DNA of 63,987 nt, counting the filler, from Choristocarpus tenellus KU-1152 (taxonomy: Eukaryota > Protista > Phaeophyceae), in NCBI GenBank assembly GCA_964200185.2. It is 9 parts of 9 records of this genome, joined end to end, with 100 filler letters (N's around TTAATTAATTAA, not from the genome) between each part and the next. Parts side by side here need not be neighbours in the genome. Positions count along the whole stretch, not along the records: positions 23,329 to 28,051 come from CAXNAD020013330.1; positions 28,152 to 34,730 come from CAXNAD020007830.1; positions 34,831 to 39,510 come from CAXNAD020013491.1; 6 more parts are not named here. One strand, written 5' to 3'. The translations under genes and the position numbers were made by a program. Of the stretch, positions 24,301 through 37,332 are shown piece by piece. The first letter of the stretch is position 1. Every line of letters starts with the position of its first letter. Below the pieces are notes generated by a model. The model was not told the DNA's origin. It did no database searches and worked only from the letters and a program-made list of their open reading frames with translations.

Positions 24301-27006
24301 TTGCGGGACGGGGCTCTCTGTGCGGGCGAGCGTGTACGTGTCCGTAGGTACAAGAGACTTGCAGCGATGTTGATGATTGCGGGTGAAGATGAGAGGGACA
24401 GGGATCTGTTTGAAATAGCCGAGCTCCTTCTGGATCACGTGTGTTCCATTCGAATAGTCCATACTGTGCCTAGACCCCCGCCCCTAAGACTCTACGTTAC
24501 GTTGGAGGACGTTCGGAAGACCTGGGTGAGGTTCAGGTGCCGCTGTTGAGAAGCTTCGCGCACATAAGGCTCGTCGCCGGAAGCTCGCAGTCGAATTACA
24601 TCGTAAAGCACACACTGAATATTAATTATCTACTGGGCCTTTGTCTTAGCCGTCGATTATCTCTGACGTATGACCAAAGACTGACCCATCATACCACTAA
24701 GCATGTTACTACTTTGTATTGTACCAAACTAAAGATAAACGTACATGAAACCTATGTTATATACTTGTTTCAGCACAAATGACGTAAGTATAGCACTAGG
24801 TTATTCGAGATCCTCCCCTCCTTGCTGAAAACAAGTACTAACTCTCAAACAATCACAACAATAAAAAACACACACACACACACATGTTGTGTCACATGTT
24901 CATCAAGAACTTCACATGTTATCTAAAACCTTGAACTGGTAAATTCTTGGTCAATCTGCCCTCTGGTTTGCAGTACCAACAAAAACAACACGAATCTCTC
25001 CTTTTCTAGACGAATCCCTCAAAAAATGATGTTGGACATCAATGTGCTTTGTTCTAGCAGAGCTTGTGGCATTTTGTACTAGTTTGCATGCACCATCATT
25101 ATCCTCAAACAAGCCAATGCAACGCCTAGGAAACTGTGGCTGAATAAACTCAAAAATACTTCTCAAGAATAGTTATTCCTGTGCCACACTACTAAGTGCT
25201 ATGTATTCACTCTCTGTGGAAGACAGAGCTACAAATATTTGCACCTTTGACTTCCAAGATATTGCTCCTCCAGTCACTGATCTACGATCATTCCAGTCTC
25301 CAGCATAACTAGCATCAGCATACGCACTCAACTCACACTCAGTACTAAAACCACCAAAACTCAATCCAACACTGGGATACGTATTCAAATATGCTAGAAT
25401 TCATTTCACTGCACACCAATGAGTGACTTTGGGATTGCTACAGTACTTGGCAACTTCACGAACTGCATTTGCAATGTCAAGCCTAGTCATAACAGATGCC
25501 CACATCAAACTACCAACTGCCTCCCTGTACGGTGTATTTTCATCAACACTTGGATGATTCTCACTCTTGTCTAGAGTCCTTGAGAGATCATGGGGTACCG
25601 ATCTCTTCTTTGCCCCATCCCTACCAAATCTTTGACAAACACTCTTAGTGTACCTAGTCTGACTGATGGTGACAGTCTGTGCAGTTTTGTCACGTGAAAT
25701 CTCATAACCCATAAAATACTCAAGATCACCAAAGTCCTCTATGGAAAACTGCTCTTTAATCCTAGAGTGAACCCAAATCAAAACATTCAATTTACCAGCT
25801 ACCAAAAGATCATCTACGTGGGGGGCTATCACAGCACAAACAACGCCATTTCTTACATAGTGTAACACACTAGGGTCTGCTCTGCATAGCTCAAAACCAC
25901 ACTTTTCCAAAACGTGCATCAACAGATTATTCAACTATCTGCTTGCCTGTTTGGTGCCATAAAGTGCCTTCATCAAACGCAAAATCAGTCAGCTGTTTGA
26001 AGTCACTAAATTCCCGCCTGTGTTCCGTTGCAAGAACGGCAGCCTGTTTACGGGGGATGAGGGTTTCCTATTGCTGATTAGGAGGTTGGGATACCAGGGC
26101 GCTTGGTCGATCTGGAGGAGGAGTTCGGCATTGAGTACAGTCAACTGGGTCGTCTCTTCAACACGGTCGTGGAGTGGGTATGGAAGACTCACTGGCATCG
26201 CATCCAGGACAATCTTGGGTTCTTTGCGCTGTTCTTCCCCCAGATGGCAGCGGCTATAGAACGCAGAGGTGGGGTTGCTGTCAGGAGCATTTCTGTCGGT
26301 GTGCAATTTGCGTTGAAATCCAGCTGCTTGAGCAGGCCTTGTATTGACCCTCAATAGCGCAACGTGCTGCTGCCCTAACTTCAAACCCCTTCAAATATGC
26401 GTGTCGGTGACAAGTTGTTGCCTGCTCGGGATATATGATCATATGATTTCTAGACGGGACTCTTTGGCGCATATGCCTGCAGGGTGGGCCCATGGAGCTG
26501 GACTTGCAGTGGAAGGTCTGCGACGGCCACCACAGGACGCATGGGCTTGGGTTCCAGACCGTGGAGTTCCCGGATGGGATGATTGGAGATCTATTTGGGC
26601 CTATGCCTGGCCGCAGGCATGATGTGTACATTTTACGATAAAGTAGATTAAACCACAGGTTAGCCATGTTGCAGCTGGGGCAGGATTTCCAGTACCAGGT
26701 GTATGGGGATTCACCATACCCCGTCCTCTCCCATGTGTCTCGTGGGTTAAGAGGTACCAATCTCATCCTGGCCCAGAAGGCATATAACAGGGAACTGTCG
26801 AGAATGACCATTTCCGTGGAGTGGGTTTTGGCAAGGTAGTCCAGATGTACCTTATTGTAGATTTCAAGAAAAACTTCAAACTCCTACTGCAGCCAGTTGG
26901 TATGTACTACGTAGTAGCAGCCCTGCTGACAAACGCCCACACTTGCTTGTACGGGTCTCAGGCTGAAATTTACTTTGACATGCCATCTCCTTCACTTGAA
27001 GCCTGA
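24301..27006 (+). mobile_element. PIF/Harbinger DDE transposase pseudogene, interrupted by a copia fragment
   Basis: N-terminus ..LEDVRKTWVRFRCR ends at 24543 and resumes at ~25989 with QLFEVTKFPPVFRCKNG..LIRRLGY..DLEEEFG. Later motifs: DGT, HGLGFQ..PDG..LFGPMPGRRHD, VYGDSPYP, ISVE-WGFG, LLTNAHTCLYG. Contains stops and frameshifts. Confidence 0.88.
24544..25988 (-). mobile_element. Ty1/copia retrotransposon 3' fragment: RT, RNaseH, PPT and 3' LTR (~24544-24810)
   Basis: KALYGTKQ, HVDDLLV, PYREAVGSLMW, YADASYAGD..RRSVTG, VALSSTESEY, ARTKHIDVQHHF. Purine tract at 24811-24825 (-). LTR ends TCAACA at 24544. Premature stops present. Confidence 0.93.
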
Positions 27007-27460
27007 CTTTTCTTGAGGCCTGTCAGCTTGTGTCATGGGGTTGGAGAGTGGGGAGTAGCGGGACGCGGTTTCCAATGTTCAGGTTTGGCAACAAGTGGGA
27101 TGTAAAATAATAAAAATTAAATATTTATAGACTCACCTGCATGTTGGGGCATCGTTGGCAGACCACGGCTGGAGGCATCATGGAGCCCTGCTCCACAAAC
27201 ACCCCCAATTGTTGTTGAGGCAAACAGCAAAATAATTGCTAAAGTGACCACTAGGCATGCTGGAGTTCACCTACAAGTATAGCCCTTAGAGCTCTAGATA
27301 TACAATGTTGCTGTTTTTTATCTTTTGTTTGTTGCCATTTTTTTTTTTCCGCAAGCAACTGTTGCAACCTTGAACGGTACTGAGGCTTCCTCATGCTCTG
27401 TCCTATACCTCTGTGCTGACCTCAAAAATGGTTCCAACCACTCCAATTCAGTGCCCCCAG

Positions 27461-27740
27461 TTAGTTCTGGTTGCGCTTTCCCAGAAGGTCCACCACCGTT
27501 TTCATCATGCTGACCATGTCTTTCTATACCTGGGTGCGATTTTCCTCCGCCTTTGAGTCTAAGTCCATCCTTCGAGTCTGCATGGAAAAATTGTCTGCAT
27601 ACCGTTTGGCATCAAGCTCAATTGTAGCCTTCTGGTGCTCCTTGCGAAGGGAAAATTAGTCCCTCTGTGTCTTCTCTTGGAGGGCCAGCTTCGTTTCCTC
27701 GACGCTCTGTTACAGCGTGCCCCAGAACTCACCTCCACAG
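27461..27740 (-). pseudogene. Remnant convergent ORF, probably the C-terminus of the Harbinger accessory (ORF2) protein
   Basis: Coiled-coil-like LRKEHQKATIELDAKRY..RRMDLDSKAEENRTQV*KDMVSMMKTVVDLLGK*, tail-to-tail with the transposase. The assignment rests on position only. Confidence 0.4.
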
Positions 27741-28355
27741 GATGTATATCTCAAATCCAATGACCTTAAAACAACGCTATGGGGACATTGCCCTTGGTAA
27801 CAGTTTGTTGGGTGTCAGACAGTCTTTTCTCTCGATACTCCACTCAGTGAGTAGCTCAAAGCTCAACTCAATGTTAAGTTCAAGATAAAAAAAACTGATT
27901 TAAGGGGGGTAATGGTTTTGACCAAAAGCCCTCTTATTATTTTCATCCACCCAATTTCTTTGGTCTTCTATGCAACTGCTCTATACGTACTCCAATCATA
28001 ACCCTTAATATTCTGCAACTTCTTAGGAACTTTGGGTCAAAGTATCTGGGGNNNNNNNNNNNNNNNNNNNNNNNNNNNNNNNNNNNNNNNNNNNNTTAAT
28101 TAATTAANNNNNNNNNNNNNNNNNNNNNNNNNNNNNNNNNNNNNNNNNNNNCCCAGATACTTCGGGTCAAACGGGCCCGGTGTTTATTGGAAAAAGGACG
28201 CCCTGAGGGAGTGCTTCCCGCATCCCATAATTCTGGTGGAGTTTCATATTTTTCATGATGTAGTGGAAATTAAAACGTTTCTTCCTGGAATCCTTTCCAT
28301 CGGTGGCCATGCTACTCAATTTGTGGCAAAGAGCTAGCAGCAGAGCTGAGAACTT

Positions 28356-28623
28356 GAGTCAAAGTATCTTAGAGGGTAGGGCCGCGTCCATTTTGGGCCA
28401 AAATTCAATGCTGCGATCTTGACGTAATTTTGGCTGTCGTGTTTGTTAGGAAGTATCAATATCCTTGTTCCGGACATATTCATGCTAACCTACTCCAAAA
28501 TGTTTATGTTTAATCTATCCCGAAACATTTCGGACTAGGAAAATGTGAAAAAAAAAACCGTAGGAAGCCAAGCCCCAAACGGACAAGCAGGGCAAAACTC
28601 CTACCCTCTAAGATACTTCACTC
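28356..28623. mobile_element. MITE family A (reverse orientation)
   Basis: GAGTCAAAGTATCTTAGAGGGTAG ... CTACCCTCTAAGATACTTCACTC. Confidence 0.85.
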
Positions 28624-29188
28624 ACAACTTTTTGTTGTAGTGCAAGGCAATTGATGTGATGTAGTGGAGCAGGATGTTGGATTGTTCCACATCATCAGCA
28701 ATATATCACAACAATAAGCAAGGTTTTTTGCCCTGTGTTGGGCCTCTACAACAAAACGTGGATTATCTTTGGGACTGTCCAGGTATCTGCTGGCGCCTTG
28801 TTAGTGCCTTCTGGGTGCTGAGACTGTTGAAACACTTCGTTCCTACCTGCTTCATGCACAAAGTGCCTGATATGTGATCTGTCTTAGACCACTGTAATCT
28901 GCCATGCGCGATTATCCTTACCTCAGTAGGTACTTTCCAACAAGTAATGTAAACAGTGATGATGGCCTAGAGGAAGGCTATGAAAATAGTGCTCTTATTT
29001 ATCCACACCTACATCCACGTTCAGCTCAACTTGAAACAAACTATATTTGCAACTTACTGATCCACAACTGTTTGACAAACTAACCAAGTTTTTCTTCTGA
29101 CACACAGGGTTCAATTCATTTGTGTGTTTAACATGCCTGAGATCACCCATCTTCTTGATAACCTTGAGGCGCTGCCCGTTAGCTTCAT

Positions 29189-30027
29189 TCAGGGCCATCT
29201 ACAAATCTCAGATGCCAAGGAAAGCGAAGGAGGCGTTATGGGGTCAGTAGTGAACATGGAAGGAAATTCCGCATGGTATTGAGGGTATCTGTCCTCCATG
29301 AAGACGGAGAAAGGGTCTTCCTTCTCTGCACCTATTGTTGCCATTAGGCGTAGGGCTTCTCTTCTCTCCAAGGGTACAGGCCACTGACTACAACACCAAC
29401 AAACACCAGGCCATAAGATAGTAACCCTCATCCCTAGAGCAAATGAAGTTAGACAGAGAAGGCAAAAGCACAAAGAGGACCAAGCCTAAGTGGGGGTATT
29501 ACTGGTTGGTTGTGCGCATCGAGTAGTACCCTAAGGGTGTATCTCAACGGGCTCAAAGTATCTGGGGGGTGGGGTGTGTGTACCAGGGTGTCCATTCGGG
29601 CCCTGACCAGGAAAAGTGCACTTACATTATCCATCCAACACATGCAACCAAATCACCCGAAAACTGCGACATGGAAAAATGGGCCCCGAATGGACAGTCG
29701 TCACCCCCCCAGATACTTTGAGCCACGACTTGTATATGCTGTGCTCGTAGTGTGGTAGTGGATACATCAACATTCCTCCAGGTGACCAAGTGGACTCGAC
29801 TGGGTTGTGAGGGAAAATATATCGGGCTTTGGGGAGTGTAGACCCACCTCAACGATTTTGTTGACCTCTTCAAGAGCCTGGATTGGATTTTCTTCCTCAG
29901 CTCGGGTCTCCGAACGCTCCAGCTCAGAGAAAAGGTTTCGGATGCGACGCTGGTGGCTCATGGAGGCGTTGACGAGATGGACTGCCTCATCCAGAGCGTC
30001 CCCCGCAACATGATGCTGAGGTACCAA
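29189..30027 (-). CDS. Exon-like fragments of an unidentified gene
   Basis: Protein-like blocks ~30027-29848 (ending ..NKIVE|gtgggt) and ~29383-29189 (cag|WPVPLERREALRL..), with a MITE-B in the intervening intron. No family recognised. Confidence 0.35.
29550..29724. mobile_element. MITE family B with perfect 3-bp TSD (ACG)
   Basis: acg|GGCTCAAAGTATCTGGGGGG ... CCCCCCAGATACTTTGAGCC|acg. Confidence 0.9.
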
Positions 30028-32530
30028 GATGATTTTTGTCGATTTATTCTGTATATTGGAGCCAGCACTTCGATTCTGGGAGAAAATACACTAAAAAGCT
30101 AATGTATCTATTTATTGTGCTTCTCACTACATGTGTAGGGGTTCGCCCTTACTATGACCACCAAAGGTGTACAATTGATTGAGGACCCGCCGTTCACGTC
30201 CATATTCTTCGCGACATGTTCCAATTGTGCGATGAATTCGTGACGGAATTTTGAGGGCAATGTATATAAAACCTGTACAGTTTAGGAGTCTAAGTACTTC
30301 GCTCCCTCCATCACCTGTTTCCTGAAACCGGCTCGGGCATCTCTCTTCAATCGTTTGGATGGAGTGACCTTGTGATGCCACCTTTGGAAGAGCGTTTAAA
30401 TTTGCATGTTTCAGACTCGCACGAGTGGGATGGGGCCTGCCCTATAGACTCATCAAAATGAAGACAATACTTGTCATCTCCGAAGAGCGGAGTTTCCCTA
30501 TTGTAAGTAGTACTACGATGTCTACCTTGCACTTGGAGGCAGCGTATCAAATCGCAATCTCAGGGGCGTTCCAAATATAATCTACGTATTTCCCAGAAGT
30601 AGCTGCACTCTTACTTGTTGGCGGTCCTGAGGGCTATCAAGGACGTGTGTAGGAAGTTGTTGTTCGGCTTGTGCCAAGTGTTTGCCATAGGAACGGAGAT
30701 CTTTGTTCGGGCACCCTTCGGCGCTATCGAGTCCTTGGACTTGATGGTTGCTAGGTCCATCCCCATCCCGTGATGGATAAGTATCACCCTACGTAGCCCT
30801 CAGCCACGCAGGTGGGGAACTTATAGGAGTGTACCATCATGTATCACACGGAGTACAATGGATTTAGTGACGGGTGCACCAGCCACTCGACGGCTTCTAC
30901 TACCATCTGCCGTTTCACTGAGAAGGCAAGATCGACCACCTTAACATCATGAATACAACACACGTATTGAACGTATGAAAATATAACCTAATCTTCATTT
31001 TAATTTTCCATTTCGTACTAACCTACTTCTCTCATCATATTGTTGAATGATACAACCTTTTACAGACGATCTTTATGCTCCCTAAAAAAATTATACCAAC
31101 CATGAAGATGTGCACGCTCGCCAAGATCATATCCTCGGATGGGACGAATCAGAGTGGGGGAAAGTTAACCAAAGGGGATCCTCGTGAAGAGTAGACAATG
31201 TTGAACATTTCAATCCCAGTAATCAATCAACCACGCAAGCCTACATAGCGCGAGTCAAAATTTAGAGGCCTTCAATGCACCCTACGTCCTACAATCTTAC
31301 CGAAATGTTAAAATAATTGGTAAGGGATGGGTATTGTCGATGCTCGCAATCGAGAGTGCCCCCGACCTGGTGGCCAAGTACTACATACTCATTGCCCATG
31401 GTCCAGTATCTGGGCAGCATTTTCATCCAAATGGTCGTCCCCTGCACGTTGGATAACTGCAGCTCCTTCACGATCAATCGTAATTTGCAATTTCCGTGTA
31501 AGAGTTCTCTCTAGCAGCCAATGTCTCCTACAGTGAGAAAAGCTACTCTTGGATGTGGCCTTCGTTGAAGTATGAGCGGACTGCCCCTCCTCAGTTCATC
31601 AACCAACAATGGTGTTGCTGCTGTTGCAACAGAGCCCCATATGAGTAAACCACTATGAGATTTCTTTGACTCTCATAGTTCTAACTTCCTAATCTTCGAG
31701 GTAGAAAGCTTTGGGCGTCTTGACACACTAACAATCAGAGCTATTTCTGGGTGAGGTAGTGACTCGTCGTATTGTAGGAGGTACGAGGGCAGAGGGTTTC
31801 AACAGGAAGGGAGCTATAGAATCACGTTTATGAAGATAATATTGTATCAGGTACATACAGCTCAACTGGCGATCTCCATAATAAGAGTATTGCGTTTCCA
31901 AATTAGAAATTCCAGGTCGATGGGCTAGGAGAGGGTTTACAGATTATTCTATTCGTTGGGGTCCTTCCCTTTATTCTCGTCCACCTCCACGGAGTCAGTT
32001 CAAGAGTGTTGCTTTTTGTTATTTTCATGACCATTGTTTTATGTGCACTATCTCTCTGGTGTTGTGTATATCTGGTATCGTAGTCTTTTCTGTGGTTATG
32101 TTGTATTCTTTCTTGTATGTACTCTCTCCTCCTCTCCAGTTTCCATTGTTCTAAAATGTTTTCATCCCTTATTTCTCATTTTCCCTAAATTATGACAGTC
32201 CCTGAAACATGTCAGGAGGCAAAATTATTTAGAATTAATAGTATCATTTAAAGGCAAACTTGGGTCAACCCAATAGTATATGCCATATTGGGAGAAGATC
32301 GTATCAAAAGGCATATATCGCCATTTCGGGTTCATTTCCGCGTCTCTACTTCCACACTAATGCGATCAATTTCCGTGTTTCCACGCTCAAACCAATTTGG
32401 TGTATCTACTTACACACTAATGACCCCGATCTCCGCAACTAATCCTCCAAAAACGAACCATCCTGTCCACGACTCCATAGTAATCTAAGAACACTCCACA
32501 ATCATCCAAAACACTCCACCTTCATCCACT

Positions 32531-32790
32531 GAGCCAAACAAATTGAGAGGTAAGCAGGTTTACATTTTGAATATCATGAGACAGGGCAAAAAGATGTCAT
32601 GTTGTACAATTGGAGAAAGAATTTTTGGGTAATTGTGGTGTCACTTTGTGTGTGGATAATGAGGAACGTCAATTTTGCGTACACTATTGTTCACATAAAA
32701 CAATTAAACAGACTGTATTGCACAGGGTAAGAAATATGCCTTGGAATGCAAAAGGGTCCAAACCTGCGTACCTCGAAATTAGTTGGGTTC
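32531..32790. mobile_element. MITE family C with perfect 3-bp TSD (ACT)
   Basis: act|GAGCC..GAGGTAAGCAGG ... CCTGCGTACCTC..GGTTC|act. Homologous to 11664-11922. Confidence 0.87.
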
Positions 32791-33343
32791 ACTCCCATAC
32801 TGTGCCTTTGAATAAGAAGATATCTACCTCGCCCAAACTTGACCTCCTCTTATCCCCCCATCATCCCACTCAATTGTGAGCAATCAAGAGGGTGGGCAGG
32901 TGGGAGAGACTGTTCGGAGGTTGCCGTAACTTCTATTCCTTACCAGGACATCAGCTGGTTTGCTTGTCTACCACGGCAAATACATCATGCTTAACTTTGA
33001 GGTAAACTATCCCTTTAAATAAATGTCTGTAATGGCTTAAGAGAAAAGTGTTACATAAACAAGTGCGGTTCACATGTCAAGGATAAAGGTACCTTCTGGA
33101 TCTCTGTGGCATTTGTACAGAAGCAACCATTTCCCAAAATAAAAATAGTGATCAGCAAAAAGTTGTTGAGACTATCTCTAGAGATAGAATATTCGAAGTT
33201 GGGGGGGGGGTGGCAGTTTCAAATATCCAACCCTCCATGTATTGGGGGGTAACTATTACTACGCAACAAAAATCTTATTGTATAGAGACTTCAAAATCTT
33301 CCCTTATTGTGACGGGGGGTAAAACAAATGTACAAATATTGCA

Positions 33344-34320
33344 CTACCTCCGTGCCATAAGTCTGTGCCGTGCTGTCCATAACTTTTGAAGATGTTGATG
33401 AAATTCATTTATGAAAGAAGATTTGGAACCCTTGACAAATTTCTGGTTAGGGTCAGCTCTTTTAATTATTATTACTCCCCACCCATCACAATTTTGTCAG
33501 CCACAGAAAAAGCCTCCATGTTTAACATCGGCGTGTTTTCAAGCTCACAAGACAACTGCCACTTCCTTGCCCCTGTGCGCTCCACACCGAAGTCATTCCC
33601 CCCTTCGTATCTAAGTACTTGGTAGTACATCATAAAAGGGGATGTTAAGCCCTCTCAAGTGCGGTTTCATGATACTCCACATACTGTTTCTTAATGACCT
33701 TGACCATCTCCTTGATGAACCCAAACTGCTACCTCACCACCCAGCATTTCAAAGACCTTAAGGAGCACAGGTCCGTGATATATTGAGGTCGGGGAAGTTA
33801 GATAGATGCGTCACAAGCCTAATTGAACAACCCTCAGTCTTCCTTGCCCCTGACAAGATTTCTGAGTTGCCCTTGCCCTGGTGGGGGGTGGCATCGTCTT
33901 GCTGAATGACAACGTGCTTCCCCTGCAACCAAGGCATCTTGGTCTTGATTGCAGGCAGTAACTCCTCCATGTACCACTTCCTGCACCACAAATGGTCTAA
34001 AGTACGGTCCTGCTCATACACATCCTCCGTTTTATGGTTCTTGCTTGTCCTTTCTGCTGTTTTAGGAGTACTCACACGCCAAACATCAAGCTTTCCAATT
34101 AAAGCTGTGAGCTGAATCTGGGTGGGCGTTGGCTGTAACGACCATGGTTTTGGGGATATGACCCTTGTGCTGCACAGTAGGGGACCCTGGAAGGTCGCTA
34201 TCATCCTCATGCGGAAATTCCCTAACCCTTTACCCATCAGCTATCACATAAAATCAGTTTCATCCACATGAATCATGTTCGCCATCGAGGTGAGAACACA
34301 CCAAGTTTCGGTCCACTTGA
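33344..34320 (-). mobile_element. Tc1/mariner (plant-mariner/DD39D-like) transposase pseudogene with probable terminus
   Basis: MIHVDE, AERTSKN, ELLPAIKTKMPW, VVIQQDDATPH, SNFPDLNI-(frameshift)-DL. About 40 aa separate the second and third D. Stowaway-like end ctacctccgt at 33344. Confidence 0.85.
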
Positions 34321-34331
34321 TCGCAAACAAA

Positions 34332-34730
34332 GAGCGAAAGTATCTTAGAGGGTACGAGTTTTGCCCTGTTTGTCCATTTGGGGCTTGAGTTCCCACGGGT
34401 TTGACCCAAAGTATCTTGGGGAGGGGGGGGGTCTACACCAGGGTGTCCATTTGGGTCAAAATCAGGAAAGTGCGTAGTACACTATCCATCCGACATATGC
34501 AACCAAATCACCCAAAAACCGCGACATGAAAAATTTGATTCCAAATGGACAGCCGCCACCCCTTCCCAGATACTTTGAGCCTTTATTATGACATCTCACC
34601 TACTCCAAAACATTTCGGAGTAGGTAAATGTCTACTTTATGAAAAGGTGTGTCCGGAACAAGGATATTGACACTTCCTAACAAATGCAGTAACCAAAATT
34701 ACATCAAAAGGCTCAAAGTATCTGGGAGGG
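34332..34730. mobile_element. MITE-A copy containing a complete MITE-B (34403-34581, TSD TTT) and the start of a second MITE-B (34710 to contig end)
   Basis: The host aligns to 23431 and 35416 once the insert is removed. ttt|GACCCAAAGTATCT..AGATACTTTGAGCC|ttt. Confidence 0.87.
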
Positions 34731-35415
34731 NNNNNNNNNNNNNNNNNNNNNNNNNNNNNNNNNNNNNNNNNNNNTTAATTAATTAANNNNNNNNNNNNNN
34801 NNNNNNNNNNNNNNNNNNNNNNNNNNNNNNGTGATTTGATTCCATACGTCGGATGGATAATGAAAGTGCACTTTTCCTGGTTATGGTCCAAATGGGGTGC
34901 AGGACTAAGCTAGATTGGAGATAGAGGAAGGCAGTGGTGCAGCATAGCTGATAGTAAAGTATTAAACAGACTAATGTCTTTCACGTATATGACAACTGTT
35001 ACTTTTTCAGGGATTTTTCTGAAATGTGAATAGTTCATTGTTTTTTCCCCTAACGCATCTCCAAAATTTCAGAGGAAATACAAATAATGAACTAGTGTTG
35101 ATATGATATTGAATAGGCTTTTCCCCTGGCACATCTCCAAAATTTCAAAGGGTATAATTAAATATAGTAACAAGTGTTGAATGTCAGCCCATACACTAGC
35201 AATGATTATTTAGTTAAGCAAGGTTTAACCTCAACACCTTTGTCGTGGAAAGTCTTGGGCGCCTCGGTAAGCAAGCAGAAAATGTTCGAGATGAGTTGGC
35301 TATGCACGGGGTAGGGGGAGAGGGACTGGAGGCTATAGCAGGAAAGAAGCTGTCAAATCCTGTTTGCGACAGATAGTGTCAGTGACAACACAAGGGGTTC
35401 TATCGAGACGTGTCG

Positions 35416-35672
35416 GAGTGAAAGTATCTTAGAGGTACAAGTTTTGCCCTGTTTTTCCGTTTGGGGCTTGGTTTCCCAAGCATTTTGAATGACATTATAT
35501 CTTCTCCAAAATGTTTCGGGTAGGTAAAATGTATACGTTATGAAAAGGTGTATACGGAACAAGGATATTGACATCTCATAACAAACACGATAGCCAAAAT
35601 TATATCAAAATTGCAACATTGGATTTTGGCCCCCAAACGGACGCGTCTCTACCCCCTAAGATACTTTGACTC
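35416..35672. mobile_element. MITE family A
   Basis: GAGTGAAAGTATCTTAG ... CTAAGATACTTTGACTC, flanks tcg/tca. Confidence 0.87.
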
Positions 35673-37332
35673 TCATGCATTTTAAGCTGGAGACACAAGG
35701 GAGATGGGTAAGGAGGGTCCTGTTAGATTGTTGGGATGCTTCCCGAGCTCCTTGCCCTGTGGTGTAGGGGTAAGCTAGGTTGAAGGCATAGGAGGGGAGT
35801 GATGTTGTATAGCTGGTAGTCAAATGGTAAATTTATTCTACGGAGATGTCTTTCATATTTACGACAACTGTTACTTTATAGGGGTTCTTAAGATATTGAA
35901 TTGGCTTTTCCCCTGACATATCTGCAAAATGTCAAAGTACAAAATAATACATGCATTGAATTGACTTTTTCCTGACACATCTGTAAAATGTCAGAGGGCC
36001 AAAATAATATATAATATATAGTAAGTCTGACACGTTTGTTAGGTGTTCTTCAACATAAAAACTCAGAATGTCACACACACGAGTTGACTATGAACTAGAC
36101 TGGATTCTCTTTAAATTTTTTCTCATAGATCAAACAACCCTGACATCCCATTTTATAGAATTTTATTTAAGGTGTAACTCCCTAATCTGACTTACAACTC
36201 ACTCTGCAACAAGTGTAACTCGACACACAACTGGATGGGATATATTCATAGTTTATACAACCAGAAGCCTCCATCCAAAACATAAGTTACTATCCTGAAC
36301 CACAGCACTGAATAGTGGTGTACTTCACAGTATTCAATCAGCCCCTTCACAGAGCATGTGACAAGATGATCACATTGAATTCCACCGGTGCTTTCAGTAC
36401 ACTAGGTCACCTCTTCACTAAAAAAAAATGAAGCCTCTATACAGAGCTCTTCATGAGGATCAACAATTAATGCAGTGGTGCTGCACTCTTGTGGGAATGA
36501 CGTTGGTGCCCGAATATGGAAGGCGTAGGTAGCAGGAAATCTCAATGATGGTGGAGACAAACGCATCACCCTTTGTAGTGTTTTTTCCACCTCTTCTGAT
36601 TGAGGGTCCTCTATCTGTATGGATGGGCTTAGGATGTAGCCGTACAATATGTGTTACGTTTTCTTTGGTAAGTTATGTTCGCCTTCGTAGTGTCACTCCA
36701 GGCACTGCACTTACCGTTGACCCCAAGTGAGTGACACAACTTGACCATATATGTTGTACATACTCCAAAATAATCTTATTAATGCGTGCTTTCCATTACA
36801 ATTTACGTTCCTCTTGTTATCGCACGACAAGTGATAGAAGGTTATTCCTTGCATTACATGAAAGGGCATACATTGTGAATGGAGACAAGAGAGGGTGAAA
36901 CGCCGTCATTGTTGACTTTTAGTATCAAACAAAATATCAAAATAATAAGTATTAAAAAAAAAATTGATATAAAAAATATTTCAATCGGTATTCCAACATC
37001 CAAACACCAAGAACATTTCGACCTTTTCGATACGATGTGTATATAATTAAGATACTCCGGGTTTTGGACATATCACCATCTGTGGTGCACACACCCCTCA
37101 ATTTTGAACAAATAATGAAGTAATTATTGTGTCCACTGAAATTTGCACAAGTCATTGATGGAACAAGAAACACGCCAGGCAAAGAAAACAACAAAACGCG
37201 ACAACAGCAGAGTCTGTATTGCTTACAGGAAATTCATTCCAGTATAACAACGAGAGTAATAATGAAATCCCAGAAAGTAAGATAACGAGAAGAAACCTAC
37301 TACTAAGAAATAGCCGAAACAGACGTTAAACT

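Noticed and set aside
31289-31700. Possible decayed retroelement gag; similar vague relics at 36000-36700, 54100-55000 and 62200-62750
   Set aside because: No diagnostic motif could be recovered, too weak to call.
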